A stretch of 23,441 bases of DNA. Source: Kofleriaceae bacterium (GTDB lineage Bacteria > Myxococcota_A > Polyangia > Haliangiales > Haliangiaceae). The stretch spans positions 1-23,441 of the forward strand of contig JBKJLC010000261.1 in NCBI GenBank assembly GCA_046597055.1, in the 5' to 3' direction. The notes beneath the pieces were generated by a model that saw nothing but the letters and a program-made list of their open reading frames with translations, did not search any database and was not told the origin of the DNA. The position numbers and the translations under genes are program-made. Below are positions 8,323 through 16,315 of the stretch, one piece after another (the stretch's first letter is position 1; every line of letters starts with the position of its first letter).

Positions 8323-9978
8323 CTACTTCTGCTCGCGGGCGGCGGCGTGGCGACCGGCCAGGTAGCCGAACGTCATCGCCGCGCCGATGGTGGCGCCGGC
8401 ACCCGGGTAGCCGGCGCCGGTCACGCCGGCCATGACGTTGCCGGCCGCGTACAGCCCGGCGATCGCGGTGCCGTCGGGGCGCAGCACGCGGGCGTCGCCG
8501 TCGGTACGGGCGCCGCCCTTGGTTCCGATCGCGCCGGGGTGGACCTGGATCGCGTAGAACGGCGCCTTCTCGACCGTGCCGAGGTTCGGGTTCGGCTTGT
8601 GGTCGGGGTCGCCGTAGAAGTGATCGTAGAGGCTCTCGCCGCGGCGGTAGTCGGGGTCGGCGCCCTCGACCGCGAACCGGTTGAACCGGGTCACGGTCGC
8701 GGTCAGGCCGCGCGGGTCGACGCCGATCATGGCCGCCAGCGCCTCGAGCGTGTCGGCCCGGGTCAGCCACTCGGGGATCGGCATGCCGGGCACGTACGTC
8801 ATCAGCGCGTACCGATCGAGGTACTGCTGATCGACGATGATCCAGGCCGGCAGGTTGCGGCGCTCGTAGGCGACCGGGTCGAAGGCGAAGAACGCCTTCA
8901 TCAGATCGTTGTAGTTGTGGGCCTCGTTGACGAACCGCTGGCCGGCGCGATTGACGATCACGCTGTGGGGTAGGGAGCGGGTCGCGAAGTCGCCGCGGTT
9001 GAGCGGGCGCTGGTCGTACTCCTCGCCAGGGATCTCGAGCGACGGGCACCACCACGCCTCGCTCATGTTGCCGAGGTCGGCGCCGAGCGACATCGCCATC
9101 TTCAGGCCGTCGCCCTCGAGCGACGGGGGGCTGTTGGGGTGGGTGAGCGGGCCACCCAGGAACCGGCGGCACAAGTCAGGGTTCCACTCGAAGCCGCCGC
9201 TGGCGAGGACCACGCCGCGCCGGGCGCTGATCAGGATCTCCTTGTCGCCCTGCCGGGCCCGGACGCCGACCACCCGATCGTCGTCGACCAGCAGCTCGTC
9301 GGCCGCCGCGCCCAGCATCGGCTCGATGCCGCGATCGAGCAGCGCCTTCAGCAGGCCGCCGGCGAGCGCGCCGCCGTAGCAGACCAGGCCCTGCTTGAAC
9401 CGCTTGCCGAGCAGGCTGAACGGCAGCGCCTGCGGCTTGGAGAACACGCCCCAGTCGGTCGCCTCGCTGACCGACATGGCGGTCATGCCGAACACCGGCG
9501 AGCGGCGCAGCTTGTCCTTCCAGGTCCCGAGCGTGTTGGTGTCGAACAGGCCGGGATCGAGCGAGCGGCCCCCGGAGCGGCCCCCGGCGAACTCCGGATG
9601 ATAGTCGGGGTAGCGGGCCAGCGCCTTGAAGGCGATCGGGGTGGCGCCCTCGACGAAGTCGAGCATCTCGGGCGCGGTCTCGAGGTAGCGGCGGATGAGC
9701 GCCGGCTCGCTGCGACCGTCGGCCAGCCGGGTGACGTACCCGATCGCCTCGTCGAGTGAGTCGGCGATGCCGAGCGCGGCCATGTGCTTGTTGCACGGCA
9801 CCCAGACCACGCCGCCGGACACGGCGGTGGTGCCTCCGAACTTGTCGGTCTTCTCGAGGACGGCGACCCGGGCCTTGCCGGCGTGGGCGGCGAGGGCGGC
9901 GACCGCCCCGGCGGCGCCACTGCCGATCACCACGACGTCGACCTCCAGGTTCCACTTGATCGACTTACGAAACCACAT
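8323..9978 (-). CDS. kstD: FAD-dependent 3-ketosteroid delta1-dehydrogenase-like protein, 551 aa
   Basis: DVVVIGSGAAG, GGTTAVSGGVVWVP, YPDYHP, GVVLASGGFE, RFVNEAHNY, GTKGG, GLYAAGN and YPGAGATIG. The three Tyr-containing motifs of KstD appear present; Delta1 versus related specificity is not proven. Confidence 0.78.
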   Translation of the reverse strand: MWFRKSIKWNLEVDVVVIGSGAAGAVAALAAHAGKARVAVLEKTDKFGGTTAVSGGVVWVPCNKHMAALGIADSLDEAIGYVTRLADGRSEPALIRRYLETAPEMLDFVEGATPIAFKALARYPDYHPEFAGGRSGGRSLDPGLFDTNTLGTWKDKLRRSPVFGMTAMSVSEATDWGVFSKPQALPFSLLGKRFKQGLVCYGGALAGGLLKALLDRGIEPMLGAAADELLVDDDRVVGVRARQGDKEILISARRGVVLASGGFEWNPDLCRRFLGGPLTHPNSPPSLEGDGLKMAMSLGADLGNMSEAWWCPSLEIPGEEYDQRPLNRGDFATRSLPHSVIVNRAGQRFVNEAHNYNDLMKAFFAFDPVAYERRNLPAWIIVDQQYLDRYALMTYVPGMPIPEWLTRADTLEALAAMIGVDPRGLTATVTRFNRFAVEGADPDYRRGESLYDHFYGDPDHKPNPNLGTVEKAPFYAIQVHPGAIGTKGGARTDGDARVLRPDGTAIAGLYAAGNVMAGVTGAGYPGAGATIGAAMTFGYLAGRHAAAREQK

Positions 9979-9993
9979 GGGTGTGAGCAGAAG

Positions 9994-10007
9994 TGAAACA
10001 TGTTCTA
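9994..10007. promoter_or_regulatory. KstR-type operator TGAAACATGTTCTA
   Basis: Exact TnnAACnnGTTnnA between the divergent kstD-like and tetR genes. Confidence 0.85.
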
Positions 10008-10029
10008 GTAGAGCCGCGCAAGCAGCATC

Positions 10030-10043
10030 GAGAACATGTTGCG
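10030..10043. promoter_or_regulatory. Degenerate operator GAGAACATGTTGCG
   Basis: AACATGTT core conserved, outer T/A lost. Confidence 0.6.
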
Positions 10044-10059
10044 TTCCTCACGTACGGGT

Positions 10060-10073
10060 GCGAACCTGTTCCG
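10060..10073. promoter_or_regulatory. Degenerate operator GCGAACCTGTTCCG
   Basis: GAAC-CT-GTTC core immediately before the likely tetR GTG start. Confidence 0.5.
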
Positions 10074-10075
10074 AA

Positions 10076-10735
10076 GTGAGCGCAGCGAGCAAGGAGAAGG
10101 ATCGCGGTATCTTCGACAGGATCTTCGACGTCGCGATCTCGCTCGCTGAAGAGGGCGGCTACGACAACGTCCGCCAGCGCGACGTGGCGGCCCGGGCCGG
10201 GGTCGCCCTGGGCACGCTGTACAAGCGCTTCCGCAGCAAGGAAGACATCCTGTCCGCCGCGCTCGAGCGCGAGACCGAGAAGCTCGAGCGCAAGATCGAG
10301 AAGGGCCCGGTCCAGGGCGGCTCGGTCGAGGATCGCCTGGTCGCGTTCTATACGATGCTGACCAAGGCGCTGTGCCGGCGGCCCCACTTCGCGCGCGCGG
10401 TGCTGCGCGCGATGGCGTCGGGCCAGCCCGAGGTCGCCAAGCACGTGGTCGCCTATCAGGGCCGGATGAACGGCCTGATCATCGCCGCGATGCGCGGGGT
10501 CGGCAGCCTCAGCTACGGGGACGCAGCGGTGACCCCGCCCACCGAGCGCGAGCAGACGCTGGCGTTGCTGCTGCAGCAGATCTGGTTCGCGTCGCTGATC
10601 GGCTGGTCGGCCGGGCTGCACAGCCAGCCCGCGGTGCTCGAGCATGTCCGCACCGCCGCCCGGCTGTTCCTGCGGTCGCTCGATCTCGAGGCCAAAGAGC
10701 AGAAGCCGGCCAAGTCCGTCGCGACCGCGCGCTGA
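10076..10735 (+). CDS. kstR: TetR-family regulator, KstR-like, ~219 aa (start uncertain)
   Basis: HTH GGYDNVRQRDVAARAGVALGTLYKRFRSK recalls KstR GGYEAVQMRAVADRADVAVGTLYRYFPSK. C-terminal PTE.EQ..A....IW...L..W pattern is also KstR-like. Cognate operators adjacent. Confidence 0.8.
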   Translation: MSAASKEKDRGIFDRIFDVAISLAEEGGYDNVRQRDVAARAGVALGTLYKRFRSKEDILSAALERETEKLERKIEKGPVQGGSVEDRLVAFYTMLTKALCRRPHFARAVLRAMASGQPEVAKHVVAYQGRMNGLIIAAMRGVGSLSYGDAAVTPPTEREQTLALLLQQIWFASLIGWSAGLHSQPAVLEHVRTAARLFLRSLDLEAKEQKPAKSVATAR

Positions 10736-10758
10736 GCCGGTCGAGCCGGACACTCACC

Positions 10759-10876
10759 CCCGTTCGTCCTGAGCCCGAGCGAGCGCACGCGAGCTCGGTG
10801 TCGAAGGACGGCCTTCACACCGTCGGACACCCGCCCTTCGACACGGCGCCTGCGGCGCCGGCTCAGGGCGAACGGG
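10759..10876. repeat. REP-like composite inverted-repeat element, copy 2
   Basis: CCCGTTCGTCCTGAGCC/GGCTCAGGGCGAACGGG and GTGTCGAAGG/CCTTCGACAC arms with internal hairpins; directly downstream of the tetR stop. Confidence 0.82.
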
Positions 10877-10951
10877 AGGGCCGGTTTCACGCGTGCGAGC
10901 TGTTTCGATCGACAAGCGAGCCGGCACCGAAATCTTGCTTGCTGGCTGGAA

Positions 10952-10965
10952 TGGAACATGTTCTA
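10952..10965. promoter_or_regulatory. KstR-type operator TGGAACATGTTCTA
   Basis: Exact reverse complement of 3127-3140. Palindrome extends to GAAT.GAACATGTTC.ATTC. Upstream of the Mce/Mla operon. Confidence 0.85.
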
Positions 10966-11103
10966 TTCAGCCTCGACCGCAGTCGCGCATCGGTGCGCGG
11001 CCGCCCGGCCGTGCTCGACGAGCCGGCCTCGGTGCGCGGCCCTGCCACGCAGGCAACCGTCAGGTCGCGAGCCGGGACTACACGCCAGCATGTCGAGCGG
11101 CGC

Positions 11104-11117
11104 TAGAACATGTATCA
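11104..11117. promoter_or_regulatory. Near-consensus operator TAGAACATGTATCA
   Basis: One mismatch to TnnAACnnGTTnnA, 57 bp before the ATPase start. Confidence 0.65.
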
Positions 11118-11174
11118 CTCGCGCCCGGCCCCACCCGCTGGGTGCGCCGATGCCGTGGCGCCACCTGGTGAGCG

Positions 11175-11876
11175 ATGCCCGCTGACGATCGCGGCTGGGC
11201 GGTCGAGCTGGTCGAGGTCGACAAGCGCTTCGGCGCCCGCCGCGTGCTCGGCGACGTCACCCTGCGGGTCGCCCGCGGCGGCCGGCTCGGCATCATCGGC
11301 CCGGCCGCGGCCGGCAAGAGCGTGCTGCTCAAGCTGGTGGCCGGGCTGCTGCGCCCCGACGGCGGCAGGGTCCACGTCAGCGGTCGCATCGGCATGCTGT
11401 TCCAGAACAGCGCGCTGTTCGACTTCCTCACCGTCGCCGAGAACGTGGCGTTCCCCCTGGTGCAGGCGGGCGGCGTCGCCGACGACGAGATCGCGGCGCG
11501 GGTCGCGGCCCGGCTCAAGGCGGTCGGCCTGGCTGGCTCCGAGCGCAAGGTGCCCTCGGAGCTGTCGGGTGGCATGAAGAAGCGGGTCGGCCTGGCCCGC
11601 GCCACCGTCGCCCGGCCCGAGGTCGTCCTCTACGACGAGCCGACCGCCGGGCTCGACCCGGTCACGACCGCCAAGGTCTATCAGCTCCTGCGCGACGATC
11701 ACGATGCCGGCGGTGGCACCGCGATCGTGGTGTCGTCGGACGTCGAGGCCGTGGCCGGGTTCGCCGACACCATCGCGTTCGTCGACGACGGCCGGGTCCG
11801 CTGGGTCGGGCCCGCGGTCAGCCTGCTCGACGCCGACGACCCGCAGGTGCGCGCGTTCGCGCGGGGGACCGCATGA
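11175..11876 (+). CDS. ABC ATPase, MlaF/MceG-like (1), 233 aa
   Basis: [43 protein letters not shown]. Confidence 0.9.
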   Translation: MPADDRGWAVELVEVDKRFGARRVLGDVTLRVARGGRLGIIGPAAAGKSVLLKLVAGLLRPDGGRVHVSGRIGMLFQNSALFDFLTVAENVAFPLVQAGGVADDEIAARVAARLKAVGLAGSERKVPSELSGGMKKRVGLARATVARPEVVLYDEPTAGLDPVTTAKVYQLLRDDHDAGGGTAIVVSSDVEAVAGFADTIAFVDDGRVRWVGPAVSLLDADDPQVRAFARGTA

Positions 11877-12649
11877 ACCTGCGCGGCTCGGTCGCCGCGC
11901 TCGGCGGGCGCACCATGGGCGCGGCCCGCGACGCCGGCGGCATCGTCGTGCTCGCGTACGAGGTCGGGCGCTCGCTGGTGCCGCCGCGGCTCGACGGCCG
12001 CGAGCTGATCCGCAACCTCTACAAGATGGGCTTCAAGTCGGTGCCCATCGTGGTCATGACCGCGCTGTTCGTGGGCGCGCTGATGGTGATCCAGTTCGCC
12101 GCGTTCGTGAAGCAGTACGGCGCCACCGGCATGATCGGCTGGGGCACCGGCTACGCGGTGCTGCGCGAGGTCGGCCCGCTCCTGATCGGCCTGATGTTCT
12201 CGGGTCGGGTCGGCGCCAACAACGCCGCTGAGCTGGGCACGATGACGGTCACCGATCAGATCGACGGCCTGCAGGCGCTGGCGATCGATCCGATCCGCTA
12301 CCTGATCGTGCCGCGGGTGCTGGCGATGATGATCACGCTGGTGGTCATGACGATGATCGGCGACGCGGTCGCGATCTGCGGCGTGATGCTGGCGTCGCAC
12401 GCGCTGCTCGACATCCACCCGTACACGGTCTGGTACGGGCTGGTCGACAACCTCGGCGCCGGCGACTTCCTGCACGGCATGGCCAAGGCGCTCGTGTTCG
12501 GCGCCGCGATCGCGCTGTCGTCTTGCTACTACGGCCTGACCGTCCAGGGCGGCGCGGTCGGGGTCGGTCGCGCGGTCAACTCGGCGGTGGTGAGCGCCGC
12601 GGTGTCGATCTGCTTCCTCGACTTCCTCATGACGTACCTCACCAACTGA
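11873..12649 (+). CDS. MlaE/YrbE-family permease (1), 258 aa
   Basis: [58 protein letters not shown] overlap. Confidence 0.92.
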   Translation: MNLRGSVAALGGRTMGAARDAGGIVVLAYEVGRSLVPPRLDGRELIRNLYKMGFKSVPIVVMTALFVGALMVIQFAAFVKQYGATGMIGWGTGYAVLREVGPLLIGLMFSGRVGANNAAELGTMTVTDQIDGLQALAIDPIRYLIVPRVLAMMITLVVMTMIGDAVAICGVMLASHALLDIHPYTVWYGLVDNLGAGDFLHGMAKALVFGAAIALSSCYYGLTVQGGAVGVGRAVNSAVVSAAVSICFLDFLMTYLTN

Positions 12650-12654
12650 GCCCC

Positions 12655-13464
12655 ATGTCTGCCCTCCGTCGCACCGTCACCTCCGTCGGCGCCAGCACCC
12701 TGGCCACCGTCGCGGCGGCCACCGAGCTGGCCTCGGTCGCGGCCCAGACCGTGGCGGGCGCGGTGTTCGGCTACTGGCGTGGCAAGCGGCCGCGTGGCGC
12801 GATCGCGCGCCAGCTCTACCTCATCGGCAACCGCTCGCTGCCGTTCGTGCTGGTCACGCTCGGGTTCGTCGGGATGGTGATGGTCTACCAGACCTGCCTC
12901 CTCACCACCCGGATCGTCGACGGCCGCAACCAGGTCGGCCAGCAGTGGGCCCGCCTGCTGGTGCTCGACGTCGGACCCAGCCTGACCGCGATGATGCTGG
13001 CGACCCGGGTCGGCGCCGGCATCGCCGCCGAGATCGGGTCGATGAAGGTGACCGAGCAGCTCGACGCCCTGCAGATGTCGGGGGTGACGCCGATCCGCTA
13101 CCTGATCGTCCCGCGCTTCTTCGCCTGCGTGATCATGACGGTGGTCCTGACCATGTTCGGCATGGCCGCGTCGTGGGCGGCCGGCGGGGTGACCGGCTAC
13201 TACTCGTTCCAGATCAACCCGCGCATCTTCTTCGACCTGGCGATGGTGAAGCCGGCCCACGTCGCGGTGTGCCTGGTGAAGGCGCTCGCGTTCGGCGCGG
13301 CGATCCCGATCGTGAGCGGCTTCTGCGGCCTGCGCGCGCGCGGCAGCTCGGAGGGCGTGGGCGGCGCCGCCACCGCGGCGGTGATCGGCTCGAGCTTCGC
13401 GGTGCTGGTGCTCGACGTCCTGATCTCGTGGGGGGCGCTGGTCCTGTTCGGAGCCGGGATGTGA
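12655..13464 (+). CDS. MlaE/YrbE-family permease (2), 269 aa
   Basis: [48 protein letters not shown]. Confidence 0.92.
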   Translation: MSALRRTVTSVGASTLATVAAATELASVAAQTVAGAVFGYWRGKRPRGAIARQLYLIGNRSLPFVLVTLGFVGMVMVYQTCLLTTRIVDGRNQVGQQWARLLVLDVGPSLTAMMLATRVGAGIAAEIGSMKVTEQLDALQMSGVTPIRYLIVPRFFACVIMTVVLTMFGMAASWAAGGVTGYYSFQINPRIFFDLAMVKPAHVAVCLVKALAFGAAIPIVSGFCGLRARGSSEGVGGAATAAVIGSSFAVLVLDVLISWGALVLFGAGM

Positions 13465-14213
13465 TCGAGCTCCGCGGCGTACACAAGGCGTTCGGGGGCC
13501 GGCCGGTGCTGGCCGGGGTCGATCTGATGGTCGGCCGCGGCGAGGTGGTGTGCGTGGTCGGCACCTCCGGCGTCGGCAAGTCGGTGACGATCAAGCACCT
13601 GGTCGGCTTCCTGCGGGTCGACGCCGGCGAGATCTGGTTCGACGGTCGCCGCATCGACGACCTGCCCGACCGCGAGTTCGCCGCGATCCGGCGCCGGATC
13701 GCGATGGTGTTCCAGAGCTCGACCCTGTTCGACGCGATGACCCTGGCCGAGAACGTCGCGCTGCCGCTGCGCAAGCACCGCCGCATGCGGGCGGGCGCCG
13801 CGCTGGTCGAGGCCCGGCGCCGGCTCGAGGAGGTCCACCTCGCCGAGCTCGGCGACCGATACCCGGCCGAGGTGTCCGATGGCGTGCGCAAGCGGGCCGC
13901 GATCGCGCGGGCGCTGACGATCGAGCCCGAGGTCGTGCTGTTCGACGAGCCGACCACCGGCCTCGACCCGACCAGCGCGCGCCGGATCGACCGCCTGATC
14001 CGCGAGCTCGCCGATCGCCGCGGCGTCACCGCGATCGTGGTGTCGCACGATCTCACCTCGATCTTCGCGATCGCCGATCGGATCGCGCTGCTCTACCGCG
14101 GCGTGGTCCACGCCTGCGGCACCCCCGGCGAGATCCGCGCCTCGGCGGACCCGGTCGTCCTCCAGTTCATCCATGGCCGCGCCGCCGGGCCCATGGAAAC
14201 CCCCGGCTTCTAG
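13461..14213 (+). CDS. ABC ATPase, MlaF/MceG-like (2), 250 aa
   Basis: GTG overlapping the upstream stop. GTSGVGKS, MVFQSSTLFD, VSDGVRKRAAIARAL, LFDEPTTGLDP, VSHD. Confidence 0.9.
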   Translation: MIELRGVHKAFGGRPVLAGVDLMVGRGEVVCVVGTSGVGKSVTIKHLVGFLRVDAGEIWFDGRRIDDLPDREFAAIRRRIAMVFQSSTLFDAMTLAENVALPLRKHRRMRAGAALVEARRRLEEVHLAELGDRYPAEVSDGVRKRAAIARALTIEPEVVLFDEPTTGLDPTSARRIDRLIRELADRRGVTAIVVSHDLTSIFAIADRIALLYRGVVHACGTPGEIRASADPVVLQFIHGRAAGPMETPGF

Positions 14214-14221
14214 GAGCTCCC

Positions 14222-15238
14222 ATGCGTGACGACGGCGTCGAGTACAAGGTCGGGTTGCTGATGGTGACGGCGGTGGCGCTGTTCGCCGTGTTCATCTTCG
14301 TGCTCGGGCGGTTCTCGCTCAGCAGCGGGTTCACGCTGTACGCGGACTACGAGTACAGCGGCAACGTCCAGACCGGGGCGCCGGTGAAGGTCTCGGGCAT
14401 CACGGTCGGCCGGGTCGAGGCGGTCGAGTTCCGCGGCGGCCAGCTCGATCCGGCGACCGGCCGGCGGGTCCAGGTCCGGGTCGAGCTGTGGATCGAGGAC
14501 CGCGCCCGCGACTCGATCCGCGGCGACGCCGAGTTCTTCGTCAACACCGCCGGTGTGCTCGGCGAGCAGTACGTCGAGATCGTGCCGGGCCGGAACTGGG
14601 AGGCGCCGCCGCTGGCGGCGGGCTCGATCATCGTCGGGGTCACCCCGCCGCGCACCGACCTGGTGGTCGCGCGGCTGTACGAGCTGCTCGACATCATGAC
14701 CGCGGTGATGCGCAAGGATCGCGACAAGATCGCGGCGATCATCACCAACGCGGCGCACGCGGTCGACCAGGTTGACGGGATCCTGGTCGAGAACCGGCCC
14801 AAGGTCGGCGGCCTGATCGACGCGGTCACCGGGCTCGCGCTCGAGAGCCAGCAGGTGCTGGCCAAGGTCGACGATGGCCTCGATAGCCGCCAGATCGCGG
14901 CGACCCTGCGCCACGCCGACGGCCTGCTGGTCACCGCCGACAAGACGCTGGCCGAGGCCGGTCCGGCGACCGGCGCGCTGATGCGCGAGGGCGTGCGGGT
15001 GCTCGAGCTCGCCACCGAGGCGCGGGTCGAGCGAACCCTGGTCGCGGTCGATCGCGCGGCCGGCGCCGCCGACCAGGCCGGGACGCTCATGCGCAACGCC
15101 AACGGCGCGCTCACCGACGTCCGGGCCGGCAAGGGCTCGATCGGCGCGTTGCTCACGCGGCTCGACGTCTACGCCGACGTCCGCGAGATGGTGCGCGACC
15201 TGCGGCGTAACCCGTGGAAGCTGATCTGGAAGGAGTGA
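14222..15238 (+). CDS. MCE/MlaD-domain protein with helical extension (1), 338 aa
   Basis: N-terminal TM (KVGLLMV...), GAPVKVSGITVGRV, TAGVLGEQYVEIVPG. AGGAG Shine-Dalgarno. Confidence 0.9.
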   Translation: MRDDGVEYKVGLLMVTAVALFAVFIFVLGRFSLSSGFTLYADYEYSGNVQTGAPVKVSGITVGRVEAVEFRGGQLDPATGRRVQVRVELWIEDRARDSIRGDAEFFVNTAGVLGEQYVEIVPGRNWEAPPLAAGSIIVGVTPPRTDLVVARLYELLDIMTAVMRKDRDKIAAIITNAAHAVDQVDGILVENRPKVGGLIDAVTGLALESQQVLAKVDDGLDSRQIAATLRHADGLLVTADKTLAEAGPATGALMREGVRVLELATEARVERTLVAVDRAAGAADQAGTLMRNANGALTDVRAGKGSIGALLTRLDVYADVREMVRDLRRNPWKLIWKE

Positions 15239-15242
15239 CCGG

Positions 15243-16259
15243 GTGGCGCTCAAGATCCACGACGAGCGGCTGACCCGTCGGGTCGGCGCGGCCGTGCTGG
15301 TGGGGGCCGCGCTGACCGTGCTCTTCGTGGCGATCATCTTGCCGCGGCTGGTCCGCGACGGCGTGACCGTGCGGGTCCGGTTCGGCGCGGTGGTCGGCCT
15401 GACCGAGGGCGCCGCGGTCCAGCTGGCCGGGCGCGACATTGGCCGGGTCCGCTCGATCGTGATCGCACCGGCCCACGGCGGCGTCGTCGTCGAGCTCGCG
15501 ATCGACCGCGAGTGGGCGGCGCGGGTGCCGGTCAACTCGGACTTCTTCGTCGACGCCCGCGGGATGCTGGGCCCGCGCTACCTCGCGATCGGCCCGCCGC
15601 GGGCGGGGGCGGCGCCCGCGCGCGGCCTGGTCGACAACGACCAGGTCACCGGGGTCGATCCGCCCAACCTCGACAACGTGCTCCAGCGCGCCTATGACAG
15701 CCTCGAGGAGGTCGCGCGCTTCGTCGAGGCGATCGCGCCGGCCGCGGCCCTGATCGAGGCGGCGTCGGCTCGACTCGGCACCACCATCCGCGGGCTCGAC
15801 CCGCGCCCGGGCGCGTCGGACGAGCTGGCGCGGACGGTCCGCGAGGTGACGCACACCGCCGACACCCTGATCACCGACCTGCGCGGCGGACGGATCGATC
15901 CGGCGGCGCTGGCCCGGCTGGTGGCCGGCATCGAGGCGCTGGCTGCGCGCGTGGATGGGGTGGCGACCGAGCTGCGCGGCCAGGTCGCGGTGGTGCAGGC
16001 CGCCGTCGACCGGGTCGGAGCGGCGCTGCCGGCCCCGCTGCGCGCGCGGGTCGAGCGGGTGATGGTGGGCGTCGACAGTGGGCTGGCACAGGCGCAGCAG
16101 CTGGCCGGGCAGATGCGCGGCGTGATCGCGGACGCCACCACCGGGGTCGGTACGATCGCGGCGTTCGGGGCCGACCTGGAGCTGGTCGACAACGTGCGGG
16201 AGCTGACGAAGGACCTGAAGCGCAAGCCGTGGCGCCTGGCCGTGCCGCCGCCGCAGTGA
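15243..16259 (+). CDS. MCE/MlaD-domain protein with helical extension (2), 338 aa
   Basis: N-terminal TM, GLTEGAAVQLAGRDIGRV, GMLGPRYLAIGP. Confidence 0.88.
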   Translation: MALKIHDERLTRRVGAAVLVGAALTVLFVAIILPRLVRDGVTVRVRFGAVVGLTEGAAVQLAGRDIGRVRSIVIAPAHGGVVVELAIDREWAARVPVNSDFFVDARGMLGPRYLAIGPPRAGAAPARGLVDNDQVTGVDPPNLDNVLQRAYDSLEEVARFVEAIAPAAALIEAASARLGTTIRGLDPRPGASDELARTVREVTHTADTLITDLRGGRIDPAALARLVAGIEALAARVDGVATELRGQVAVVQAAVDRVGAALPAPLRARVERVMVGVDSGLAQAQQLAGQMRGVIADATTGVGTIAAFGADLELVDNVRELTKDLKRKPWRLAVPPPQ

Positions 16260-16315
16260 CTCCCGCTCGGCTCTTTCCCGACAAGCGCAGAACGGCTCTG
16301 GCGTATAGATCGGCA

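Noticed and set aside
10990..11041. 13-bp direct repeat TCGGTGCGCGGCC (10990, 11029) in the Mce operon leader
   Set aside because: Only two GC-rich copies with no other support; could be chance.
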